Below are positions 9,778-18,415 of a stretch of 64,000 nt of DNA, piece after piece. The DNA lies in contig CACWSI010000003.1 of assembly GCA_902763555.1 (NCBI GenBank), positions 181-64,180 of the forward strand. Direction: 5' to 3'. Position 1 is the first letter of the stretch. Each line of letters opens with the position of its first letter. A program made the position numbers and the translations under genes. Origin of the DNA: an uncultured Erysipelotrichaceae bacterium. GTDB lineage: Bacteria > Bacillota_I > Bacilli_A > RFN20 > CAG-826. The notes beneath the pieces are model-generated. The model was given only the letters and a program-made list of their open reading frames with translations, was not told the origin of the DNA and ran no database searches.

Positions 9778-12414
9778 TTATTTTCTAGGATTTTTGATAT
9801 TGGCTTGAGCAGCGGCTAATCTAGCGACTGGCACACGGAATGGAGAGCAGGAGACATAGTCCAAACCGACTTTGTGATAGAATTCGATAGATTTTGCATC
9901 GCCACCTGTTTCACCACAGACACCAACGTGGAGGTCTGGGCGGGTGCCACGGCCTAACTTAACGGCTAATTGGACTAATTTACCAACACCGTTTTGATCT
10001 AAGGTCTTGAATGGATCTTCTTCAAAGATCTTTGTTTCGTAATAAGCTGGTAAGAATTTGCCGGCGTCATCACGAGAGAAACCAAATGTCATTTGTGTTA
10101 AGTCGTTTGTGCCAAAGCTGAAGAATTCAGCATCTTTAGCAATTTCATCAGCGAGTAATGCCGCACGTGGGATTTCGATCATGGTACCAACGTGATATTG
10201 CATTGCTAAACCGGAATCAGCGATTAATTTATCGGCGGTTTCACAGATGATCTTCTTAACGAAGGCTAATTCTTTTTCTTCGAGTACTAATGGAACCATG
10301 ATTTCTGGTTGCACTAAGGTACCTGTCTTTTTGCTGACGTTGATAGCGGCTTTAATGATAGCAGTTGTTTGCATACGGCAAATTTCTGGATATGTGACCG
10401 CTAAACGACAACCACGGTGACCCATCATTGGGTTGGCTTCGTGGAGTTCATGAATTCTGTCTTTGACAGCATCAACACTGATCTTAAGAGCGTCAGCTAA
10501 TTCTTTAATGAGTTCTTCTTCTTGTGGTAAGAATTCATGTAGTGGTGGGTCTAATAAACGAACGTTAACGTTGAATGGTAACATTGTTTCATAGAGGGCT
10601 TCGAAGTCAGCTTGTTGCATTGGTTCGATTTCGGCTAATGCAGCTTCACGATCTTCAACTTTATCAGCAAGAATCATCTTTCTCATTGAGAAGATTCTGT
10701 CTTTAGCGAAGAACATATGTTCAGTACGGCAGAGACCGATACCTTCAGCACCGAAGATCTTAGCTTGTTTAGCATCTCTTGGTGTATCAGCATTTGTTCT
10801 AACTTTGAGGGCTCTATTTTGGTCAACCCAACCCATTAATCTACCGAAGTAACCAGCGGTTAAATCTGGTTCAACTGTCTTGATTTCACCTTCGTAGATT
10901 TTACCTGTACTGCCATCTAAGGAAATGGTGTCTTGGTCTGTATACACTTTATCACCAATGGTGAGTGTACGTTTTTCTTCATCGATAACAGCGGCAGCGC
11001 AACCACAGACGCAGCATTTACCCATACCACGGGCAACGACAGCGGCGTGAGATGTCATACCACCACGCATTGTAAGGATACCTTGTGCGGCAACCATACC
11101 AACGATATCTTCTGGAGATGTTTCGGCTCTGGCTAAGATAACTTTTTCACCAGCGTTCTTTCTGGCTTGAGCTTCTTCAGCAGTGAAAGCAATTTTACCA
11201 GTACCTGCACCTGGGCCAGCTGGTAAACCGATGGCAATTGGTGTCTTCTTGGCTAAGTCATCTTTATCAAAGCCTGGTAATAATAATTTATCAAAGCTGA
11301 CTGGATCGATTCTTAAGACAGCTTCTTTTTCATCGATTAAACCTTCGTCCACTAAATCGCAAGCAATCTTTAAAGCGGCGGCTGGGGTTCTCTTACCATT
11401 ACGTGTTTGTAAGAAGTATAATTTACCGTCTTCAACAGTGAATTCCATATCTTGCATATCACGGTAGTGGTTTTCCATTAATTTAATGGTCTTGACGAAT
11501 TGTTCGTAAACTTCTGGCATACGAGCTTTTAATTCATCGATGTGGAGAGGTGTACGGATACCCGCGACAACGTCTTCACCTTGAGCGTTTGGTAAATATT
11601 CAGCGGAGATGACTTTTTCACCTGTACCTGGGTTACGTGAGAACGCAACACCTGTACCTGATGTTTCACCCTTGTTACCGAAAGCCATTGATTGAACGTT
11701 AACAGCGGTTCCCCATGAATATGGGATGTTGTTCATCATACGATAGACGTTCGCTCTTGGGTTGTCCCAGCTTCTGAAGACGGCTGCGACAGCTTCCATT
11801 AATTGCACTTTTGGATCGGTTGGGAATTCTTCACCGAATGTCTTTTTGTAGTATTCTTTGTATTTAGCCACTAATTCTTTTAATTGTTCAGCAGTGACTT
11901 CTGTGTCTAATTTGTAGCCATTTGCTTTCTTTAAGTCATCTAGCATCTTGTCCATGTCATCACGTGGGTGACCTTTAGCGATGTTTGTGAACATAAGAAT
12001 GAAACGACGATAGCTATCCATTGCGAAACGTTCGTTGTTTGTTTCTTTAGCAATCGCGGCACATGTTGTTTCGTTTAAACCTAAATTTAAGATGGTATCC
12101 ATCATACCTGGCATACTGACTCTCGCGCCAGAACGCACAGACACTAATAATGGATTCTTGCTTCCACCAAATGTCTTGCCTGTTTTCTTTTCAATGCCTT
12201 TAACAGCTTCGAAAATTTGATCGACGACAAATGCTGGGATTTCTTTACCACTTTCATAATAAAGTGTGCAAGCTTCAGTTGTGATTGTGAAACCTTCTGG
12301 AACTGGGACACCAATGTGGCTCATTTCCGCTAAGCCGGCACCCTTACCGCCTAATAATTCTTTTCCTAAACCATAGGCTTCATCGAAAGGGTAGACATAT
12401 TTCTTTTCTGCCAT
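9778..12414 (-). CDS. ppdK: Pyruvate, phosphate dikinase
   Basis: 878 aa. Phosphohistidine region GGMTSHAAVVARGMG. PEP-utilizing C-terminal TIM barrel (GLCRTEHMF, NDLTQ). Confidence 0.95.
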   Translation of the reverse strand: MAEKKYVYPFDEAYGLGKELLGGKGAGLAEMSHIGVPVPEGFTITTEACTLYYESGKEIPAFVVDQIFEAVKGIEKKTGKTFGGSKNPLLVSVRSGARVSMPGMMDTILNLGLNETTCAAIAKETNNERFAMDSYRRFILMFTNIAKGHPRDDMDKMLDDLKKANGYKLDTEVTAEQLKELVAKYKEYYKKTFGEEFPTDPKVQLMEAVAAVFRSWDNPRANVYRMMNNIPYSWGTAVNVQSMAFGNKGETSGTGVAFSRNPGTGEKVISAEYLPNAQGEDVVAGIRTPLHIDELKARMPEVYEQFVKTIKLMENHYRDMQDMEFTVEDGKLYFLQTRNGKRTPAAALKIACDLVDEGLIDEKEAVLRIDPVSFDKLLLPGFDKDDLAKKTPIAIGLPAGPGAGTGKIAFTAEEAQARKNAGEKVILARAETSPEDIVGMVAAQGILTMRGGMTSHAAVVARGMGKCCVCGCAAAVIDEEKRTLTIGDKVYTDQDTISLDGSTGKIYEGEIKTVEPDLTAGYFGRLMGWVDQNRALKVRTNADTPRDAKQAKIFGAEGIGLCRTEHMFFAKDRIFSMRKMILADKVEDREAALAEIEPMQQADFEALYETMLPFNVNVRLLDPPLHEFLPQEEELIKELADALKISVDAVKDRIHELHEANPMMGHRGCRLAVTYPEICRMQTTAIIKAAINVSKKTGTLVQPEIMVPLVLEEKELAFVKKIICETADKLIADSGLAMQYHVGTMIEIPRAALLADEIAKDAEFFSFGTNDLTQMTFGFSRDDAGKFLPAYYETKIFEEDPFKTLDQNGVGKLVQLAVKLGRGTRPDLHVGVCGETGGDAKSIEFYHKVGLDYVSCSPFRVPVARLAAAQANIKNPRK

Positions 12415-12575
12415 AATAATCCTCCTGCAGGTCTATGTGAGTCTCCTCACAGCGCTTAAATATTATCACACATGCCCGAATATGCATACTTTTTTCTAAA
12501 AAAAGTGCCACTTCTCTTATTTTCGTATAAACTATAAAGAAAGAATGGACTTTGTCGTATTTGGGAGAAACAAAC

Positions 12576-14060
12576 ATGAGTAACAATCCATTAGTACTAA
12601 CGCTAGACTTTGGAACACAATCTGTCAGAACCGCTCTAATCAATAAGTCTGGTGAAATAGTATACCTATCAAAAAAAGCATATAAACCTATCTCATTTGC
12701 TCTTAAAACAGGCTATGCAGAGCAATATGCAGATTTCTATTGGGATAATTTAGTCGAATGTCTAAAGAAACTTAGTAAAGAATGTGTGGAAAACTTTAAT
12801 GACATTGTCGGTATGACTGTTACCACGTTTAGAGACTCCGCTGTTTTACTTGATGAAAACAATAAACCATTAAGACCAGTCATTTTATGGATGGATCAAC
12901 GTTTAGCGGAAGCTAGAGAAAAAATCCCAGCATTACATAAATTTGCATTTAATCTTGTGGGTATGATGGACACAGTCAATATGAACCGCACCCGCACAAT
13001 GGCACATTGGATTAAAGAAAATGAACCAGAAATTTGGGCCAAAACTAAAAAATACGTTAATATCTCAACATATATCAACTATCGCCTTACAGGCGAATTA
13101 GCGGATTCTCCTGGTGGTTTAACTGGTCACTATCCTCAAAGCATGCTTCCGCGTGTTGTTAAACCAGGTGAAGTCATTGGCTGTTTAACTGATGAAATCG
13201 CTAAGGAATGTGGTTTACCAAAAGGTCTTAAATTAATCGCTACGGGTAGTGATAAAGGATGTGAAACAATCGGCTTAGGTTGTTTAACTCCAGATATCGG
13301 CGCTCTTTCATATGGCACTGCGTGCACAATTGAAGTTAGCAATCCAAAATATCATGAGCCAGAACCATTCTTACCTGCCTATGCTGCAGCGGTTCCTGGA
13401 CTATACAATCTAGACGTACAAATATATCGTGGATATTGGATGCTTAGATGGTTCGCTAGTGAATTCGCAAGCGAATTAGAAAAAGAAGCCAAAGAGAAAG
13501 AAAAACCAATCGAAGCGATTCTTGATCAATGGCTTAATGATGTTCCTGTTGGTAGTGATGGCTTAATCCTTCAACCTTATTGGGGACCAGGTTTAGCTAG
13601 ACCACTAGCCAAAGGTGCAATCGTGGGCTTCTCAAGTGTCCATACCCGTAAGCATATCTACCGCGCTATCGTGGAAGGCATTGCATTCGCCTTACGTGAA
13701 GGCTTAGAAAGCATTCAAAAATCACAAAAACAAAAAGTTAAATCATTAAGAATCTCTGGTGGTGGATCGTTAAGTGATGAAATCTGTCAAATTACTGCGG
13801 ATATCTTCGGTTTAGAAATCGCTAGAGTGCAAACAATAGAATCTACATCATTAGGCGCTGCCGTGGCGACATTCACCGCAGTTGGTGAATTCAAAGATGT
13901 TCACGATGCAGTAGCACATATGACCAACATCTCCAATGTGTTCAAGCCAAATATGGAAAATCACAAGAGATACGACCAAATCTATAAGGAAATCTACTTG
14001 AAGATTTATCCAAGATTGAACCCATTGAATAGATTGATTAATAAGTTGTTCAAGAGGTAA
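12576..14060 (+). CDS. FGGY-family carbohydrate kinase (xylulokinase/glycerol-kinase-like), substrate unknown
   Basis: LTLDFGTQSVR N-terminal motif, DQR..., GGGS... FGGY C-domain. ATG 12576 with GGGAGA RBS. The ORF-track start at 12552 is a TTG extension. Confidence 0.8.
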   Translation: MSNNPLVLTLDFGTQSVRTALINKSGEIVYLSKKAYKPISFALKTGYAEQYADFYWDNLVECLKKLSKECVENFNDIVGMTVTTFRDSAVLLDENNKPLRPVILWMDQRLAEAREKIPALHKFAFNLVGMMDTVNMNRTRTMAHWIKENEPEIWAKTKKYVNISTYINYRLTGELADSPGGLTGHYPQSMLPRVVKPGEVIGCLTDEIAKECGLPKGLKLIATGSDKGCETIGLGCLTPDIGALSYGTACTIEVSNPKYHEPEPFLPAYAAAVPGLYNLDVQIYRGYWMLRWFASEFASELEKEAKEKEKPIEAILDQWLNDVPVGSDGLILQPYWGPGLARPLAKGAIVGFSSVHTRKHIYRAIVEGIAFALREGLESIQKSQKQKVKSLRISGGGSLSDEICQITADIFGLEIARVQTIESTSLGAAVATFTAVGEFKDVHDAVAHMTNISNVFKPNMENHKRYDQIYKEIYLKIYPRLNPLNRLINKLFKR

Positions 14061-14062
14061 CT

Positions 14063-15259
14063 ATGCAAAACTTTGTCTTAATTTCCCCAAACTTCCCAGA
14101 CACCTATTACATGTTCGCTGAAGCGTTAAAAATTAATGGCTTCCGCGTCTTGGGCGTTGGAGACTGCCCATATGAACGTTTAGCGTGGGAACTTAAGACA
14201 TGTTTAGATGACTATTACTGCTGTAGCAGTTTGGAAAACTTTGAAGAACAAAAGAATGCTGTTCAGTTGTTCACTGATAGATATGGACAGATTGATTACC
14301 TTGAAAGTAATAATGAGTATTGGCTTAGTAGAGACGCTGAACTAAGACAAATTTTTAATATTCCAAATGGTGTTAGACCAGAAGAATTAAAGTATTGGCA
14401 GCACAAATCATTAATGAAAGAACTCTACCGTAAAGGTGGTGCTAAAGTTGCCGATTACGTGATGGTGACAGATAAAGAATCTGTTCTTAAGTTTATTGAA
14501 AAGGTAGGTTATCCTGTATTCATCAAACCTGATATCGGCGTTGGCGCTTCTGGCGATTACAAAATCGAAAACGAAGCGGACTTAGATAACTTCTTTAATA
14601 CAAGAGAATCATGGATCACCTATATTTGCGAACAATTCCTTTATGGTGACATTATTTCATTTGATGGCATATGTGATAGCAATAGCAATGTCGTTTTCTG
14701 CGCTTCTAACTTCTTCCCACCTTCTGTCGCAGATGTTGTTAAGGAAGGTAGAGACCTCTTCTATTACACATTAAAGAAAGTGCCAAATGATTTATTAGAG
14801 ATTGGCCAAAACGTTGTCAGAGCTTTTGGTGTGAAGAAAAGATTCTTCCATCTTGAGTTTTTTAGGTTAAGTAAGGCTGCGAAAAATGTCGGTGTTAAAG
14901 GCGACATTGTCGCTCTTGAAACTAATATGAGACCAGCGGGTGGCTTCACTCCTGATTTAATTAACTTCTCACAATCCGTTAACTGTTATCAAATCTGGGC
15001 GGACGTCATGGCGTTTGATGAAAATAGACAAGATTTAAATATGACCAAGTACTACGCGGCATGCGCTTCACGTAGAAATGGTGTTTGGTATCAACATAGT
15101 GATAGTGAAATCTTCGCTAAATATCGTAACCAATTATCCGCGGATGGCTATTATCCACACGTATTAAGTGGTGCGATGGGTGATCGTTTCTTCATGGCTA
15201 AGTTAAGCACTTTAGAAGAAGTTGATGAATTTAGAGAATTCGTGGAATCGAGACTATAG
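14063..15259 (+). CDS. ATP-grasp ligase of the L-amino-acid-ligase/PylC-like type
   Basis: ATP-grasp features KPDIGVGASG and E.N.RPAGG (ALETNMRPAGGF). Start is 2 nt after the kinase stop, with RBS AAGAGG inside the kinase 3' end. Confidence 0.7.
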   Translation: MQNFVLISPNFPDTYYMFAEALKINGFRVLGVGDCPYERLAWELKTCLDDYYCCSSLENFEEQKNAVQLFTDRYGQIDYLESNNEYWLSRDAELRQIFNIPNGVRPEELKYWQHKSLMKELYRKGGAKVADYVMVTDKESVLKFIEKVGYPVFIKPDIGVGASGDYKIENEADLDNFFNTRESWITYICEQFLYGDIISFDGICDSNSNVVFCASNFFPPSVADVVKEGRDLFYYTLKKVPNDLLEIGQNVVRAFGVKKRFFHLEFFRLSKAAKNVGVKGDIVALETNMRPAGGFTPDLINFSQSVNCYQIWADVMAFDENRQDLNMTKYYAACASRRNGVWYQHSDSEIFAKYRNQLSADGYYPHVLSGAMGDRFFMAKLSTLEEVDEFREFVESRL

Positions 15260-15260
15260 T

Positions 15261-15404
15261 ATGGACGAATATATATCTAGAAGACGCAAAAGAAGGAGCA
15301 GATACTTCACTGGAGAGGACATTGATATGCTCCGTGAGCGGGAAAGAGAAAGAAAACGCGACAATCACAGGAATATTTGTGACACCAACATTGATGGTGC
15401 TTAA
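15261..15404 (+). CDS. Possible 47-aa highly charged mini-protein (RRRKRRSRY...RERERERKRD) translationally coupled to the ATP-grasp gene
   Basis: ATG 1 nt after the ATP-grasp TAG. Weak RBS. Followed by terminator 15442-15478. Could be non-coding. Confidence 0.3.
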   Translation: MDEYISRRRKRRSRYFTGEDIDMLRERERERKRDNHRNICDTNIDGA

Positions 15405-15441
15405 TCGCAAATGTTACAACTGTAAACTATTTGTAATTATG

Positions 15442-15478
15442 AGGTAATCACTTAATACTAGTCATTACCTTTTTTATT
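15442..15478 (+). terminator. Rho-independent terminator ending the kinase/ATP-grasp operon
   Basis: AGGTAAT...ATTACCT stem followed by TTTTTT. Confidence 0.55.
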
Positions 15479-15508
15479 TGCAAAAATACACATATCGGGA
15501 GGCATATT

Positions 15509-16399
15509 ATGGCTAAATATCAAATTTTTACCGACTCAAGTTCTGACTTAACTCCAGAACTAAGAAAACAAAACAACATTGAATACTTCTATTTCGGTTT
15601 AGTCGTTGATGGTGTTGAATACCGCGCGGATATCGACTGGAAAGATTATACTTGTGAAGAATTCTATGGCTGGCTCAAACAAGGAAAGAAAGTTAAAACA
15701 ACTCAAGTTTCTCTAGAAGAAGTTCTTAATAAGGTTCGTCCATACTTTGAAAAGGGTATCGACATTATCTACTTCGCATGTTCACACAAATTAACAGGTT
15801 CAATGAACCTCTTCTTACTAGCTAGAGAACAATTATTGGAAGAATTCCCAGAACGTAAAATGATTGGTGTTGAAACATTAACATCTAGCTTCGCTTTAGG
15901 TATCTTCACAATGGACGCTGCTAAAAAGCAACAAGAAGGTTTATCAATTGAAGAATTAGAAAAATGGGCCTTAGAAAGACGTTATTTCTATCAATTCTAC
16001 GCGACAGTTGATACCTTAACTTATTTAAAGGCCGCTGGCCGTATTAAAGGTACCGCTGCTTTCTTTGGCAACATCATCGGTGTTAAACCAATCTTTATTT
16101 CTGATAGAGAAGGTAATAACTTAACAATCGAAAAAGTTAAAGGCACAAAGGCTTCATTAAACGCTATCTTCGAACACGCTAAAGAAGATATGACAGAAGA
16201 AACCGATGCAATCTATGTTGGTCAAGGTGACTGCATGGATCGTGCGTTACTTCTCAAACACAGAATTGAAGAAGAACTCAAAGTTAAATGTGAAATTATT
16301 CCAATTGGACCAATTGTTGGTACAACATGTGGCCCAGGCATCATTGCTACCTTCTTACGCGGTAAAGAAGTTACCCGTTATGAAGGTGATGGTAAATAA
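15509..16399 (+). CDS. DegV-family fatty-acid-binding protein
   Basis: Typical DegV N-terminus (YQIFTDSSSDL), ~296 aa. RBS gggagg. Confidence 0.85.
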   Translation: MAKYQIFTDSSSDLTPELRKQNNIEYFYFGLVVDGVEYRADIDWKDYTCEEFYGWLKQGKKVKTTQVSLEEVLNKVRPYFEKGIDIIYFACSHKLTGSMNLFLLAREQLLEEFPERKMIGVETLTSSFALGIFTMDAAKKQQEGLSIEELEKWALERRYFYQFYATVDTLTYLKAAGRIKGTAAFFGNIIGVKPIFISDREGNNLTIEKVKGTKASLNAIFEHAKEDMTEETDAIYVGQGDCMDRALLLKHRIEEELKVKCEIIPIGPIVGTTCGPGIIATFLRGKEVTRYEGDGK

Positions 16400-16475
16400 T
16401 ATAACTAAATACTTATAAAGGCGCCTTAATTTGGACTAGTCAACAAAAAGTAGACAGTTCAAAAAAGGCTCAATA

Positions 16476-16508
16476 CCCCATGTCAGTTTTGTACTGATGT
16501 GGGGTTTT
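16476..16508 (+). terminator. Rho-independent terminator after degV
   Basis: 11-bp stem CCCCATGTCAG/CTGATGTGGGG (2 G-U), 7-nt loop, then TTTT. Confidence 0.65.
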
Positions 16509-16955
16509 GTATTTAAGACAATGCATTGCACGTGCATATAACATTAATTAAAAATAAAAATATGTCTTTTTGCATCTGGTTTTCTTAGTGGTCTTTGCGA
16601 TTTGCATGGCATTTGTAAAATGGTTAGCATCCCGAACCTTAGCGCTAACAAATAGGTGCTTTTTTGTTACAAAGCAAATCTTTACAAAAACCATACCCAA
16701 TGTTCGTGTTTTTCTCTTAACAATAAACCAAAATTTGAGTGTATTTAAAGCAAGCAAAAAAAGATGCTTAATAACATAATCGTCATAGAAAAAAGAACAA
16801 AATAATCATTTTTTTTACAAAGCAAAATGTTTCGATTAATAAAAGACAATTTTGCGATTTCTATCATTTTTAGGCGCGGAGGACACTTGTTTAGTATATT
16901 TTTTTGTGCTACGATAGGTATGCGTTCAGTTCGTAAAAAGAAAGAAGGAAATCAT

Positions 16956-18332
16956 ATGAAACTTAAACGACTAATGTTGTGCTTAAGCACTTTAGTTTTA
17001 AGCACCTCAGCAATGCTTACAGCATGTAATTCAAAAGGCAGTGGCGAGGAATTAACTCGTGTGAAGAAAATCGTCGCCGAAGCCGAAAAAATGTCTAGAG
17101 ATGACCTTTTCAAAAAAGCCGCCGAAGAAATCGGTGACAAGACATTCCACTGGTATGCTACATCTAGCCGTGGTGGTAAGGTTAAAGACAAATTCGTTGA
17201 AGAACTCAACAAAGTTAGACCATCTGGTGCTAAAGAAATCTCTGTTGATCAAATCGATTACCAAACAACAGTCGATGGTAAGATCTACACATTCTTAAAC
17301 GCAGAAATCGAATCTAACAAACCAGTGACAAGTGGTGCTCTCTTACAAGACGGTTACCAACTTCAAACTAAAGGTATCGAAAAAGGTTACGTCAACTACA
17401 TTCCAAAAGAATGGAATGAAAAAGAGGGCGTTAACAAAGAACGTGATGCAAATCCATTCTCATTACAATTCCAATTCAAAACATGGATGTACAACAACAA
17501 AGAAAAGAACGTGGAAATCGATAACGTTTGGGATTTCGCTAAAGAAGGCGTCACCATTGACACAATGGATCCAACAAACGAAAACGTTAATATGGACTGG
17601 CTCATCCAACTCACATCCGATGACAACTGCAAGTTATTAAAAGAAGCTTTCGAAGATAAGACAAACTCTTCCGGTTTAGATAAGAAAGCTTTAGAAAAAT
17701 ATGCAAGCTACGGTGGTGATCGTTCATACGCGTTCTTATTCATCGAACGTTTCATTAAGAACGCTACATTCTATGCTGATGACGGTGCTGCTCTTAAAGC
17801 ATTCGTCGCTGCTCCAGGTCACGCTGCATGGATTGTTTATTCCAAGATTCAAAACGTTGAAGAATCTGCTCAAGTTACAAAGAAAGACATCGTTATTGCT
17901 GCTTTAGGTGACAAACACTCTGATGGCAAGAACCCAACACTTGCTATGAAGGGTTTCGGTGGCTTCATGTATAAGCATTACTTAATGCTCATGCCAGATA
18001 GCCCACTCCCATGGACAACATGTGCTTTCATTAACTTCTTATCCACAACTAAAGTTGGCTACTCCAAGTGGTCAGGCGACGTTGGTGACTATCCAACATA
18101 TGGTGAAGAAATCAACCAAGACCGTTCAATGAACGGACATGGAAGCGTTGGTGAAGATGGCAAATGGGCCGTTGATAGTTCTAAACCAAACGAATTCCCA
18201 TGCTTAAATGACCCAAGCGCTAAATGGTGGATTGACACTGCTAAATCAACAGTCGAAACACCAAGCTACATTGGTACATACTACAACACAGTTGCTGCAT
18301 TCATCATGCAACAAATCGCTGCAAAGAAATAA
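16956..18332 (+). CDS. ABC transporter substrate-binding lipoprotein (Mycoplasma p37/Cypl-like or FbpA/thiamine-type)
   Basis: ATG 16956 with RBS aaggaa. Lipobox LTAC. First gene of an SBP-permease-ATPase triplet. The ORF-track start 16827 is a spurious upstream extension. Confidence 0.65.
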   Translation: MKLKRLMLCLSTLVLSTSAMLTACNSKGSGEELTRVKKIVAEAEKMSRDDLFKKAAEEIGDKTFHWYATSSRGGKVKDKFVEELNKVRPSGAKEISVDQIDYQTTVDGKIYTFLNAEIESNKPVTSGALLQDGYQLQTKGIEKGYVNYIPKEWNEKEGVNKERDANPFSLQFQFKTWMYNNKEKNVEIDNVWDFAKEGVTIDTMDPTNENVNMDWLIQLTSDDNCKLLKEAFEDKTNSSGLDKKALEKYASYGGDRSYAFLFIERFIKNATFYADDGAALKAFVAAPGHAAWIVYSKIQNVEESAQVTKKDIVIAALGDKHSDGKNPTLAMKGFGGFMYKHYLMLMPDSPLPWTTCAFINFLSTTKVGYSKWSGDVGDYPTYGEEINQDRSMNGHGSVGEDGKWAVDSSKPNEFPCLNDPSAKWWIDTAKSTVETPSYIGTYYNTVAAFIMQQIAAKK

Positions 18333-18415
18333 AATAACTAGTCACACCCTAGGTCGGCAAGCTCTTCACGGGCTTGCCGCTTTGTGTGGCTGATAAATTA
18401 TAAGGAGAGATCTTT

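Noticed and set aside
12380-12643. 87-aa minus-strand ORF spanning the ppdK start and the kinase start
   Set aside because: It crosses a divergent promoter region and overlaps two real gene starts, so it is spurious.
16827-16955. ORF-track N-terminal extensions on several genes: 16827 for the substrate-binding lipoprotein, 6418 for bglX, 12552 for the kinase, 20295 for the ABC ATPase, 22363 for rluA, 50111 for rmuC, 52756 and 60272 for the collagen lipoproteins, 51342 for the AlkP-family gene
   Set aside because: The extensions begin at non-ATG alternative starts or translate terminator hairpins. Internal ATG codons with proper Shine-Dalgarno spacing give canonical N-termini (signal peptides and conserved motifs).
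16509-16955. TPP or other riboswitch in the ABC-transporter leader
   Set aside because: No CUGAGA / GGGGUGC-type TPP core or other consensus could be recognised by eye. It is kept only as a 'long leader' finding.
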